Source: an uncultured Candidatus Sumerlaeota bacterium (GTDB lineage: Bacteria > CAYMEV01). Taken from it: DNA of 64,000 nucleotides. Below, piece by piece: positions 9,796-18,732 of this stretch. The notes below the pieces were generated by a model. It searched no databases, was not told the DNA's origin, and saw only the letters and a program-made list of their open reading frames with translations. Positions within the stretch are counted from its first letter, which is position 1, and each line of letters begins with the position of its first letter. The stretch is from the NCBI GenBank assembly GCA_964389675.1, contig CAYMEV010000001.1, forward strand, positions 1-64,000, written 5' to 3'. The position numbers and the translations under genes are program-made.

Positions 9796-9966
9796 ATGAA
9801 AAAATCCACAATTATTGAAATAATTATTTTTATAGTCTTCATAGCATTCTCCCTGATCGGGCTTAAAATACTACTCAGTATGAGCTTTACGCTTATCAGG
9901 ATTATTGCGTTTTTAATAGTACTGGGAGTTATCATCTATTTTATAAGGTTCATGAGCAAAGAGTAG
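9796..9966 (+). CDS. Small two-helix membrane protein (56 aa, not in ORF track)
   Basis: Translated by hand: MKKSTIIEIIIFIVFIAFSLIGLKILLSMSFTLIRIIAFLIVLGVIIYFIRFMSKE; fills the gap before the FabD-like gene. Confidence 0.55.
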   Translation: MKKSTIIEIIIFIVFIAFSLIGLKILLSMSFTLIRIIAFLIVLGVIIYFIRFMSKE

Positions 9967-9976
9967 CCTGATAGAA

Positions 9977-10891
9977 ATGAAAAGATGTTTTTTGTTCGAA
10001 GGGATTGGCATTGGCAGTCTTCAGGAATTTTTCTACTATTTTATAAGAGATTTTGACTTCAGAGAACTCAGCATCTTTTTCTCAAAAAAAATTGACCATA
10101 ATATACCCGGATCTATCCATTCACCTGATGATGATGAAATTCACCTGATGGACCAGATAAATACAACACTTTCAAATGTAATTGCCTTTCAGAGATTGAA
10201 AAATTCTGAAATTGTTCCCGATTTTGTTGCAGGACACTCGCTTGGTGTTTACTCAGCTATTTATGCATCCGGGGCCGTTAACCTTTCCGATACCATACTC
10301 CTGGTAAAGGAGATCCATAAACTATTAAAGGATGCCTTCCATGATGAAGATTTTCTTTCAGCAATAATCATCGCCCCATCAATGCAGCAGCTTCGCCAGG
10401 TACTCCTGGCAAAGTCAAAACCGGACAAACCCATGTATATATCAAATATCAATACTCCCAAACAGGCTGTAGTATGCGGCCCGAAAGAATCTGTCAGGAC
10501 CCTTTTTTCATATTTCCATGATATAAACAAATTACCGGAAAAAAGGCTTAGCATTTCATATCCCGTCCACACTCCCTATATTACATACCTGAAACAGAAG
10601 CTTTATGAGATAATTGGACAGATCAGTATTGATGACCCGGCTATACCTGTAATAAACACTGTAAACCAGGCTTATATTACATCCAGTAATGAAATAAGGG
10701 ATTATATAGTCTCAAATCTCTGCAATCCGGTGCACTGGCTAAATACCATAGAGTATAACAAGGAAGGAGTCGTTTTCTACGATATTGGACTAAGGTACTA
10801 TTTAAGCCAGCTTATGTTTTGGATTGACAAAAAAACAAAATGTTTTAACTTAAAGAAAAATATTGAAAGGAATTCATTTATAAATGGATGA
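9977..10891 (+). CDS. FabD-like acyl-CoA:ACP acyltransferase (divergent)
   Basis: VAGHSLG nucleophile motif, NINTPKQAVVCG, YPVHT and NPVHW motifs. Confidence 0.8.
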   Translation: MKRCFLFEGIGIGSLQEFFYYFIRDFDFRELSIFFSKKIDHNIPGSIHSPDDDEIHLMDQINTTLSNVIAFQRLKNSEIVPDFVAGHSLGVYSAIYASGAVNLSDTILLVKEIHKLLKDAFHDEDFLSAIIIAPSMQQLRQVLLAKSKPDKPMYISNINTPKQAVVCGPKESVRTLFSYFHDINKLPEKRLSISYPVHTPYITYLKQKLYEIIGQISIDDPAIPVINTVNQAYITSSNEIRDYIVSNLCNPVHWLNTIEYNKEGVVFYDIGLRYYLSQLMFWIDKKTKCFNLKKNIERNSFING

Positions 10892-11162
10892 GAAAACTCT
10901 AAAAAGTGAGCTTAAAGACCTTATTGTCAAAGAACTCAATCTTCTTGACGAAAACGGTTCACCGCTGGACCCTGTTACAATCGGGGATGAACTTGCTTTC
11001 TTCAGCGATGAGAACGGACTTAACCTTGATTCTGTTGATGCACTGACATTAATTCCAGTAATAAATGAACATTACGGCGTAGAGATTGAAGACGAAGAGC
11101 AAGGGCAGGAGGCTTTTCAGAACATCAATTCTCTGGCGAAATTTATTCTCGGCAGAATCTGA
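10884..11162 (+). CDS. Acyl carrier protein
   Basis: Acidic 92 aa with LDSVDAL phosphopantetheine site; overlaps the acyltransferase stop. Confidence 0.85.
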   Translation: MDEKTLKSELKDLIVKELNLLDENGSPLDPVTIGDELAFFSDENGLNLDSVDALTLIPVINEHYGVEIEDEEQGQEAFQNINSLAKFILGRI

Positions 11163-11167
11163 ACAGA

Positions 11168-11206
11168 TAAAAAAAGGGAGCGGAAAATTATACCGCTCCC
11201 TTTTTG
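11168..11206. terminator. Bidirectional intrinsic terminator
   Basis: AAAAAGGGAGCGG-loop-CCGCTCCCTTTTT between convergent genes. Confidence 0.85.
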
Positions 11207-11230
11207 TTTAATCTGCTTCTGCTTGTCTTA

Positions 11231-11944
11231 TTAACCCATCGGCATAAACTGGTCTGATTTCTCATAGCCAGCAGGAATACTGTAATGGCCCTTTTCCACT
11301 TCTTTTCTCTCAGCGATCTCAAGCTCAGTCTTCTGGTTAACCTTGCTTCCCATTATCTCGGAAGTGCTTTCGGATAAAACCTGAAAACCCTTGATTTTCT
11401 TCAGCTCATTTATTGAATTTGGGTCAATGTTCTGCAGGGCTGTAGTGTTGATATAGAACTGATCCAATTTATCCTGGTCAATCTTAATATCTTCAGTCGC
11501 CCAGATTGTGCTTGAAATTGATATCATAGATGATTTCATATCCATCTGGTATTTCTTACAGTTCCAGTCCTTTATCTTTTTCTTTTCTTCAAGGGGGGTA
11601 ACGGTAATGGAAAATTTCATCATGTCCATGAAGCCAGCCTGCTCTTCGGGAACGATAGCCTTCATATCCAGTGGAAGGGCGGTCTGGAAATATTTCTTCT
11701 GCTGATGATTGACCATATAGAACTGCTTATTCTTAAGATCCATTATTACAGACCCGTTCTCTGAATCCATCCTTAGATTGTCATCACCGATCCATATCTC
11801 CTGTACTGAATCAGTGGCTTCCTGCTTCTGTCCCATCATCTCAAATGCATCTGTATGGGTAACAGATTTAAGGTAAAGGTCTGAAGCATGGATCAGGGGA
11901 AATGCAATCAGCATGACTGCAGCAATAAAAAACAGTTTTTTCAT
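11231..11944 (-). CDS. Secreted DUF4412-like protein
   Basis: Signal peptide; KKIKDWNCKKY and IWATEDI motifs; C-terminal IPAGY. Confidence 0.7.
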   Translation of the reverse strand: MKKLFFIAAVMLIAFPLIHASDLYLKSVTHTDAFEMMGQKQEATDSVQEIWIGDDNLRMDSENGSVIMDLKNKQFYMVNHQQKKYFQTALPLDMKAIVPEEQAGFMDMMKFSITVTPLEEKKKIKDWNCKKYQMDMKSSMISISSTIWATEDIKIDQDKLDQFYINTTALQNIDPNSINELKKIKGFQVLSESTSEIMGSKVNQKTELEIAERKEVEKGHYSIPAGYEKSDQFMPMG

Positions 11945-12018
11945 TTAATTTCTCCTTTGTATTGTTTAAATTTTTTGCAATATATCATTTTATTTATGAA
12001 TTGTATATATTTTTAATT

Positions 12019-12828
12019 TTATTCAATATTTTCTCTCAGCATTTTTTTTGATTTTTCCCAGTACTCATCCATTTCATCCTGTGAAAGATCTTTAAGTTCC
12101 CTTTTATCTTCCTGAATCAGGGTTTCCATCCTGTAAAACCTTTTAATGAACTTCTTGATGGAAAGCCTTAAAGCAAGCTCGGAGTCTATCTGATAGAAGC
12201 GGGAAAGGTTTACAATACTGAACAGGATATCTCCCAGTTCCTCTTCAAGCCTTTTACCCCCGGTTTTATCAAGCTTCTTTTCAAAGTTAAACTCATCAAT
12301 CTCTTCTTTTATTTTTTCGGCAGGCCCATCAGCATTTTCCCAGTCAAACCCGACACGGGAAGCCTTTTCCTGAACCTTTTGTGCAAAAAGCAGGGCTGGA
12401 AGATTCTTCACAATATTGCTGAAAATTGATAAATTGCCCTTATTTTCGCTTTTTTTAGCATACTCCCAGTTTTCCAGCAGTTCTTTCTCATCCTTAAAAT
12501 CAGCATCCGAAAATATATGAGGGTGCCTTCCTGTCATTTTTGATATATTTTTTTCTATTATACCTGACAGAGATTCATTATATTCATCCTCCAGTATCCT
12601 GGCAATGAATATGCACTGGAAAATTACATCAGCAAGCTCTTCTTTGATCTTGGCTATGTCCTTTTCCTCAATGGCTTCTATTAATTCATAGGTTTCTTCA
12701 AGTATATATGCTTTTGTATTGTCCAGTGTCTGCTTTCTATCCCAGGGACAGCCGTTTTCGCCCCTCAGGGTATCGATCAGTTCAATCAGTTCCTTTATTC
12801 TTTTTAAATCCAGGCTTCTTTCTTTCAT
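12019..12828 (-). CDS. mazG: Nucleoside triphosphate pyrophosphohydrolase MazG
   Basis: LRGENGCPWDRKQT, EETYE, EELAD, RHPHIF, GFDW and EEELGD motifs. Confidence 0.93.
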   Translation of the reverse strand: MKERSLDLKRIKELIELIDTLRGENGCPWDRKQTLDNTKAYILEETYELIEAIEEKDIAKIKEELADVIFQCIFIARILEDEYNESLSGIIEKNISKMTGRHPHIFSDADFKDEKELLENWEYAKKSENKGNLSIFSNIVKNLPALLFAQKVQEKASRVGFDWENADGPAEKIKEEIDEFNFEKKLDKTGGKRLEEELGDILFSIVNLSRFYQIDSELALRLSIKKFIKRFYRMETLIQEDKRELKDLSQDEMDEYWEKSKKMLRENIE

Positions 12829-13422
12829 CTAAATTCCCTGCATACTGTTTTTATAAATGGGATAAAGGACCCTGTCCAGAATAATTGCAGCGGCTGATCT
12901 TACGCTTAAATGGTTATATCCGTTCACGCCATGGATCGGCTCGAGCCTGTAGTCTACCATGTCATATACATCGCCTGCAAGGCCCCATCCTGTTCCCAGC
13001 AGAATATATACTGTTTCCTCATTTTTCACAATATCGCTTATAAAGCTGAAGGACACATTATCTGGCTTTTCTCTCGCAGATGTAGCAATAATGTTTATCT
13101 TACTGTTTCTGCTTAATTCCTTTATAATTTTCAGGGAATCATCAATGCTCTCCACAACCTGACTGAAAGAGAGAGCTGATTTTCTGGTCGGATTGTATTC
13201 AGAGCCAAAACCTGAAACCCAGTGCCTCCTGATTCGTTCAGAAAGCTCAACCTGGAGTTTAATGGGGTTTATAAGAAAGTATCTGGCAATATTATAGGTT
13301 GCACAGGTTCTTGATATATCATGCAGGTCATAGTTGGTTATTGTCGTAGCTACCGTATTTCCGTTCTTGTCCAGGACCGGGTAGTGCACAAGCCCTAAAT
13401 ATACGTTCTTAAACATTTTCAT
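12829..13422 (-). CDS. SPOUT-family RNA methyltransferase (trmD-associated)
   Basis: LVHYPV, TNYDLHDISR, GTGWGL and YNHLSVRSAAAIILDR motifs. Confidence 0.85.
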   Translation of the reverse strand: MKMFKNVYLGLVHYPVLDKNGNTVATTITNYDLHDISRTCATYNIARYFLINPIKLQVELSERIRRHWVSGFGSEYNPTRKSALSFSQVVESIDDSLKIIKELSRNSKINIIATSAREKPDNVSFSFISDIVKNEETVYILLGTGWGLAGDVYDMVDYRLEPIHGVNGYNHLSVRSAAAIILDRVLYPIYKNSMQGI

Positions 13423-14098
13423 CGCCTATAAGGTCAGGCCTCCTTTTTTTTGTGATCCTCACACTCTGTTCTCTCCTCCATCTTTCAATCTCCTTGTGGT
13501 TTCCGGACAGCAGGACATCCGGAACCCTGCTGCCAAAAAACTCACAGGGTCTTGTATAATGCGGGAAATCAAGCAGGTTATCCTCAAAAGATTCATTATC
13601 AAGAGAGCCAGTATTCCCCAGGACCCCAGGTATGAATCTCAAAAAAGCATCCATGAATACCAGGCTTGCTACCTCTCCTCCCGTAAGTATGTAATCGCCA
13701 ATGCTTACTTCATCATCTATCATATTATCTATGATTCTCTGGTCAATCCCCTCATAATGACCGCATATTATGGTCATATCATCCAGTTGCGCATACTGCC
13801 TTGCAATACATGATTTGAATACTCTGCCTTTTGGACTCAGATAGATCACTTTTGTTTTTGAAGTTTTTTCCTTTATTGATTTTATGGCATAGAACAGGGG
13901 TTCCGGCTTGAAGACCATACCCGGGCCGCCGCCGAATGGCTTATCGTCAACGGTCCTGTGCCTGTCTTTCGTATAATCCCTTAGGTTATGCACTTCGAAA
14001 CATATAAGATGCTTATCCTGCGCCCTCTGGAACATTGATGTCTTAAGAGGGGAATCATAAAACTCAGGAAAAGCTGTAATTATTCTAATCTTCTTCAT
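13409..14098 (-). CDS. trmD: tRNA (guanine37-N1)-methyltransferase
   Basis: VDDKPFGGGPGM, CGHYEGIDQR, SIGDYILTGGE, VLLSGNH; start taken at the MKKIRII ATG. Confidence 0.95.
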   Translation of the reverse strand: MKKIRIITAFPEFYDSPLKTSMFQRAQDKHLICFEVHNLRDYTKDRHRTVDDKPFGGGPGMVFKPEPLFYAIKSIKEKTSKTKVIYLSPKGRVFKSCIARQYAQLDDMTIICGHYEGIDQRIIDNMIDDEVSIGDYILTGGEVASLVFMDAFLRFIPGVLGNTGSLDNESFEDNLLDFPHYTRPCEFFGSRVPDVLLSGNHKEIERWRREQSVRITKKRRPDLIGDENV

Positions 14099-14615
14099 CA
14101 GAAAGAAATCTATGGTCAATTATCATTGTATTTTTTTCAGTATCAACATCTTTTACCCATTGCTTGACAAAAGGTATCAGGTATTCTTTTCCCTCATTAA
14201 TTACGGAAATGACCTCCTGCTTTAAGGTTTCAAACACCTCCCTTACTTCCCCGAGATAATCGCCATTATCCAGAAAGGCCTTCATGCCTGCCAGATCGGC
14301 AAAATAATACTCATCCTCTTCAAGGGGGGGAAGGATCTCCCTGTCTGCCGCCAGATAGCACTGAAGTATGTTTTTGACAGCTTCAAGGCTGTCTATACCT
14401 TTGATATGGAAGATAGGCCTGCTTCTGTCACCTTTTACATAGTCTATAAGCATGGGTTCCTCAGAAAAGAGTGACTGCTCTTTATTGTCTTTTATAATAT
14501 AGACATATTTCCTGTCATAGAAGAATATGTCTTCTGATAAAGGGTAAACCTTAAATTCACCGGCTAATCCATGGGATTTAAGGATTTTTCCTATGAAAAT
14601 TAGATCTTTATTCAA
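14085..14615 (-). CDS. rimM: Ribosome maturation factor RimM
   Basis: GKILKSHGLAGE, EYYFADL, YLIPFV; canonical position. Confidence 0.92.
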   Translation of the reverse strand: MNKDLIFIGKILKSHGLAGEFKVYPLSEDIFFYDRKYVYIIKDNKEQSLFSEEPMLIDYVKGDRSRPIFHIKGIDSLEAVKNILQCYLAADREILPPLEEDEYYFADLAGMKAFLDNGDYLGEVREVFETLKQEVISVINEGKEYLIPFVKQWVKDVDTEKNTMIIDHRFLSDEED

Positions 14616-14829
14616 TTATCTCCAAGGATATCCTGTCTTTACTGGAACCATGAACGGAGTTTATCAGTACCCTGATAAAGCTTATCATGGTCCCGTGCTT
14701 TCCAATAACTTTGCCAATATCATCCGGATCAACGATCAGCTGATAGCTTGTTTCTGAAGACTGTATTACCCTGACACTATCAGGCTTGTCAACAATATTT
14801 CTGGCTAGATATTCTATAAATTCTTTCAA
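14608..14829 (-). CDS. khpA: KH-domain RNA-binding protein
   Basis: DDIGKVIGKHG; between rpsP and rimM; TTG start. Confidence 0.88.
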   Translation of the reverse strand: MKEFIEYLARNIVDKPDSVRVIQSSETSYQLIVDPDDIGKVIGKHGTMISFIRVLINSVHGSSKDRISLEIIE

Positions 14830-14843
14830 AAAAATACTCTGCT

Positions 14844-15104
14844 CTATTCTTTTATTAAGTCTTTAGCTCTAATATAAAGTTTCTCAGCTGTCTCAGTTGG
14901 TTTTGCGCCTTTGGCTATCCATTCTTCGTAGAGCTTGACGTCAAAAACGAGCCTGTCCTTATTATCATCACTTAAAAGAGGGTCATAATGCCCTATTTTT
15001 ATGATATATTTGCCGTCTCTTTTTGTCCTTGAATCTGCTACTACAATTCTGAAAAAAGGCTTCTTCTTTCTTCCGAGTTTCATTAATCTGATCTTAGTTG
15101 CCAT
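14844..15104 (-). CDS. rpsP: 30S ribosomal protein S16
   Basis: [23 protein letters not shown]...RDG...GHYDP...GAKPT. Confidence 0.97.
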   Translation of the reverse strand: MATKIRLMKLGRKKKPFFRIVVADSRTKRDGKYIIKIGHYDPLLSDDNKDRLVFDVKLYEEWIAKGAKPTETAEKLYIRAKDLIKE

Positions 15105-15130
15105 TCTACCTTATCTTCTCCTTTATTATG

Positions 15131-16474
15131 CTATTGTAAATATTTCATAATGTCTTTCATCTTAGATCTTTTGCCCATCGGCATGACCTTTTTCATCATC
15201 TTCCTTGACAATTCAAACTGCTTTAAAAGCTTGTTCAAATCAGCAATCGTTGTACCGCTTCCATTTGTTATTCTAATTTTTCTGCTTTTGTCAATAATTT
15301 TATAATGTTCTCTTTCTTCAGGAGTCATTGACTGTATCATTGCCTCTATCTTTTTAAGCTCTTTCTCTTCAACTTCTAAATCCCTGCCTTTAATGTTCAT
15401 CATCTTGTTCAGGCCGGGTATCATTTCAATAATCTTATTCATGGGCCCGAGTTTTTTCATCTGCTGAAGCTGATCATAAAAATCCTGAAGGGTAAAACTT
15501 GCCTTCTTAAGCTTCTCTTCCATTTTTTTTGCCTGGGATTCTGAAAAGCCATCCTCGATCTTTTCAATAAGAGAGAGCATGTCTCCCATCCCAAGTATCT
15601 TTGAAGCCATTCTGTCGGGGTGGAAAACCTCAATATCATTCAGTTTCTCCCCGGTGGAAACATATTTTATGGGTTTGCCGACAACGCTCTTTATTGAGAG
15701 AGCAGCCCCTCCCCTTGCATCACCATCGATCTTTGTGAGGATGATCCCTGAAAGGTCAAGGTCCTGATTAAACTGGGCTGCACTGGTAACAGCATCCTGG
15801 CCTGTCATGCTGTCTGCAACATACAGGATCTCCTGAGGCTCAAGGATCTTTTTTATTTCTTCAAGCTCACCCATAAGTTCTTCATTGATGTGAAGCCTCC
15901 CTGCTGTATCCACTATCAGTGTTTCAAACCCTGAATCCTTAGCCTCTTTAAATGCCTTTTTGCAGATCAGTTTCGGGTCCATATTCTCATTAGAATCAAA
16001 TACAGGGTTATTTATGCTTCTGGCAAGCACCTTAAGCTGATGAATAGCAGCAGGCCTGTATATATCAGCAGGTACAAGGTATGATGATCTCCCGCTTTTT
16101 CTCAGCAGAAGGGCAAGCTTTGCAGCAAAGGTTGTTTTGCCAGCTCCCTGCAGCCCGACAAGCATAATAACAGATGGAGGTTCATTTCCAAATTTTAACG
16201 CTTCGCTTTTATCTCCCAGTACCTTTACCATCTCCTGGTGTATTATCTTGATAAAATGCTGTGAGGGAGTCAGGCTTTCAAGCACTTCTCTGCCGAGTAT
16301 CTGTTCTTTAATACTGCTTGTAAAATCCTTTACAACCTTATAATTAACATCAGCTTCAAGGAGAGCAAGCCTTACTTCCCTTATGATCTCCTTGATATTG
16401 GTTTCGGAAAACTTTACCTCTCCCCTGACTCTCTTCATTATCTGGTTTAATTTATCAGAAAGGCTGTCAAACAT
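15131..16474 (-). CDS. ffh: Signal recognition particle protein
   Basis: ALLEADV, GLQGAGKTT, DTAGR, TKIDGDARGG; Met-rich M domain. Confidence 0.97.
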   Translation of the reverse strand: MFDSLSDKLNQIMKRVRGEVKFSETNIKEIIREVRLALLEADVNYKVVKDFTSSIKEQILGREVLESLTPSQHFIKIIHQEMVKVLGDKSEALKFGNEPPSVIMLVGLQGAGKTTFAAKLALLLRKSGRSSYLVPADIYRPAAIHQLKVLARSINNPVFDSNENMDPKLICKKAFKEAKDSGFETLIVDTAGRLHINEELMGELEEIKKILEPQEILYVADSMTGQDAVTSAAQFNQDLDLSGIILTKIDGDARGGAALSIKSVVGKPIKYVSTGEKLNDIEVFHPDRMASKILGMGDMLSLIEKIEDGFSESQAKKMEEKLKKASFTLQDFYDQLQQMKKLGPMNKIIEMIPGLNKMMNIKGRDLEVEEKELKKIEAMIQSMTPEEREHYKIIDKSRKIRITNGSGTTIADLNKLLKQFELSRKMMKKVMPMGKRSKMKDIMKYLQ

Positions 16475-16483
16475 AGTATGTCC

Positions 16484-17176
16484 CTATTTCTTGTTGAATA
16501 ACCCCTTGATTATGTCGAATAATCCGCTGGATTTCCTCTTTTCGATCTTTTTGATCTTTTCCATATATTCAAGAGCCCTGGTATTGTCCGGATCCCATTT
16601 CAGCGCGAATTCAAGCTGCCTTTTTGCCCTTGTATAAAGCCTTGCATTATAATATACAATCCCAAGATTTGTATAATAGGAAGGCTGGTAAAATTCCATT
16701 TCGATTGCTTTCTCGCAATATTCCCTGGCTTTATGTATGGTGGACGCATTGCATGAAAGGCACAGTCCGTAATAACTGAGGTATTTCGGGTTGTCTTTGT
16801 CAATGTGCAGGGCAGCTTCAAAAAGGTTGAGTGCCTGTTTTATTTCACCGTTTTTATACCTGAAAACGGCATTCTTGAAGTAGATTTCGGCATTCCTGTT
16901 GATAGCCGCCGGTGACCGGGATGCATAATCATCCGATGAGCCTTCCTGGTCCATCTTCATCTCTCTGTCATAGACCCTTCTCTTGTTTGGATCCCTTAAA
17001 AGCTGATAAGCCTCGGTAATACTTATAAATCTCGCCTCATCCTCTTTACTGAGGTTACGCCTGCTCTGCCCATCGGGATGCAGAGATTTAACAAGCCTGT
17101 AATATGCCTTCTTGATCTCAACAAGAGTAGCATCCTTTCTGACGCCTAAAATCTCATAATAGTTTTTCCTGGACAT
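16484..17176 (-). CDS. J-domain plus TPR protein
   Basis: NYYEILGV...HPD...AYQLL J domain followed by about three TPR repeats. Confidence 0.85.
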   Translation of the reverse strand: MSRKNYYEILGVRKDATLVEIKKAYYRLVKSLHPDGQSRRNLSKEDEARFISITEAYQLLRDPNKRRVYDREMKMDQEGSSDDYASRSPAAINRNAEIYFKNAVFRYKNGEIKQALNLFEAALHIDKDNPKYLSYYGLCLSCNASTIHKAREYCEKAIEMEFYQPSYYTNLGIVYYNARLYTRAKRQLEFALKWDPDNTRALEYMEKIKKIEKRKSSGLFDIIKGLFNKK

Positions 17177-17179
17177 ATG

Positions 17180-18106
17180 TTAACTGTCTTTTAGTATCTC
17201 CTTCAGGCTTAATAAAGCCTCTTTATTATCCGGGTCAATTTTCAGGACCATATTGAACTGCGCTGAAGCATTATCAACATCATTTTTAAGCAGGTATGCA
17301 GCTCCGAGGCTTATCCATGCATTGATATAATCAGGATTGATCTTGACTGCATCATTAAATGATTTTATTGCTTCATCGTACCTTTTCAGTTCAAGAAGGG
17401 CGCTTCCCTTTCTAAAATGATAATCAGGATACTCACCTTTTAATTCTAATGCCTTATTGTATCTGTCCAATGCTGATTCATAATCCCCTTCAGCACACAG
17501 GCTGTCTCCCTGTTTTACTAAAAGAAGCCATTCACTGGGCTTGTCAACAGTTATATTCTGAAGGAGGTTTATGGCTGTATCAATATCTTCTTCCCTTATT
17601 TTTTCAATAGCTGTTTCCAGTTTTTCAAGGTTTTCATAAATGGATTCAAATACAAGTTCAATAAGGTAATCCATGGTTTCCTCTATCTTATTCTGCTTTA
17701 AGCCGATTATACATAAGAAAAGCTTGGCTTTCAGATATCTGCTGGAAGCTTTGAGGGACTTGATGACATACTCCTCAGCTGTATTATAGTCCCCTTCTTC
17801 GAAATAGATCTTTGCAATCTTTAAGAATACATCTGCATAATCATTAAAATCGGTGACTTTGAGGTAAAATTCCCTGGCGGCTTCTTTGTCTCCTTCTTTA
17901 TTATGCTTATCAGCAAGAGCTATATATGATTCCGTGATATAGAATTTAGCCAGCTTGTGGTTCTGCGAGGCCGGGTCAGGGTCCTGGCTGATAGCCTTTT
18001 CAAACTGCTCTATTGCATTCCTGTACTCGCCATTTTCAAACTGGTTAATACCTGCTGAAAGATGGTCCTTTGAAAGAAGCCCCAAAATCCTGTTTAATAA
18101 GCTCAT
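17180..18106 (-). CDS. Tetratricopeptide repeat protein
   Basis: Multiple TPR consensus repeats, e.g. YPDYHFRKGSALLELKRYDEAIKSF. Confidence 0.85.
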   Translation of the reverse strand: MSLLNRILGLLSKDHLSAGINQFENGEYRNAIEQFEKAISQDPDPASQNHKLAKFYITESYIALADKHNKEGDKEAAREFYLKVTDFNDYADVFLKIAKIYFEEGDYNTAEEYVIKSLKASSRYLKAKLFLCIIGLKQNKIEETMDYLIELVFESIYENLEKLETAIEKIREEDIDTAINLLQNITVDKPSEWLLLVKQGDSLCAEGDYESALDRYNKALELKGEYPDYHFRKGSALLELKRYDEAIKSFNDAVKINPDYINAWISLGAAYLLKNDVDNASAQFNMVLKIDPDNKEALLSLKEILKDS

Positions 18107-18136
18107 AAAAACATCCTGGTCATTAATTGTAAATGA

Positions 18137-18165
18137 ATGTTATTATAATATGGACAGCCTGTCAA
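18137..18165 (-). promoter_or_regulatory. Putative sigma70 promoter of TPR/J-domain/ffh operon
   Basis: TTGACA-N17-TAACAT on minus strand. Confidence 0.5.
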
Positions 18166-18207
18166 GTTTTAATTATTTTCAAGGAAATGTCATTTTTTCC
18201 CGGGTCA

Positions 18208-18720
18208 TCAATCATCTTTTCCTGAAAACCGATCCAGGATCATTTCAATGATCCCTGATGTCGAATTAACACCCTTTAGAGGGAAAGCAACAACATTACC
18301 CCCGTAGCTCTTTACAAAATCCTCTCCAATGATCCTTCCATGGCCCCAGTCAGTTCCCTTTACAAGATAATCAGGCCTTATCCGCCTTATAATCTCCGCG
18401 GGGTCCTTTTCGTCGAAGCTTGCCAAAAAATCTACAAATGAATATCCCGCAAGCATCTGCATCCTTTGCTCCAGGTCAAAAACCGGCCTTTTCGGGCCTT
18501 TTATTTTTTTTATGCTGTCATCTGAATTAAGCCCGATTATGAGGATATCAGCAAGGCCTTTGCAGAAATATAGAAGTTCAAGATGCCCAGGATGCAGAAT
18601 ATCAAAACATCCGTTCGTAAATGATATGGTTTTCCGGCCGGCCTTGATCTCTTCAATCAGGGAATCCAGCCTGTCTTCTCTAATATATTTCCTGACAAAG
18701 ACTTCATCAAAATAGGACAT
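18208..18720 (-). CDS. hldC: D-glycero-beta-D-manno-heptose 1-phosphate adenylyltransferase (HldC/RfaE2)
   Basis: FTNGCFDILHPGH, GLNSDDSI, KGPKRP, LVKGTDW and STSGII motifs. Confidence 0.9.
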   Translation of the reverse strand: MSYFDEVFVRKYIREDRLDSLIEEIKAGRKTISFTNGCFDILHPGHLELLYFCKGLADILIIGLNSDDSIKKIKGPKRPVFDLEQRMQMLAGYSFVDFLASFDEKDPAEIIRRIRPDYLVKGTDWGHGRIIGEDFVKSYGGNVVAFPLKGVNSTSGIIEMILDRFSGKDD

Positions 18721-18732
18721 AGATAAAACCTG

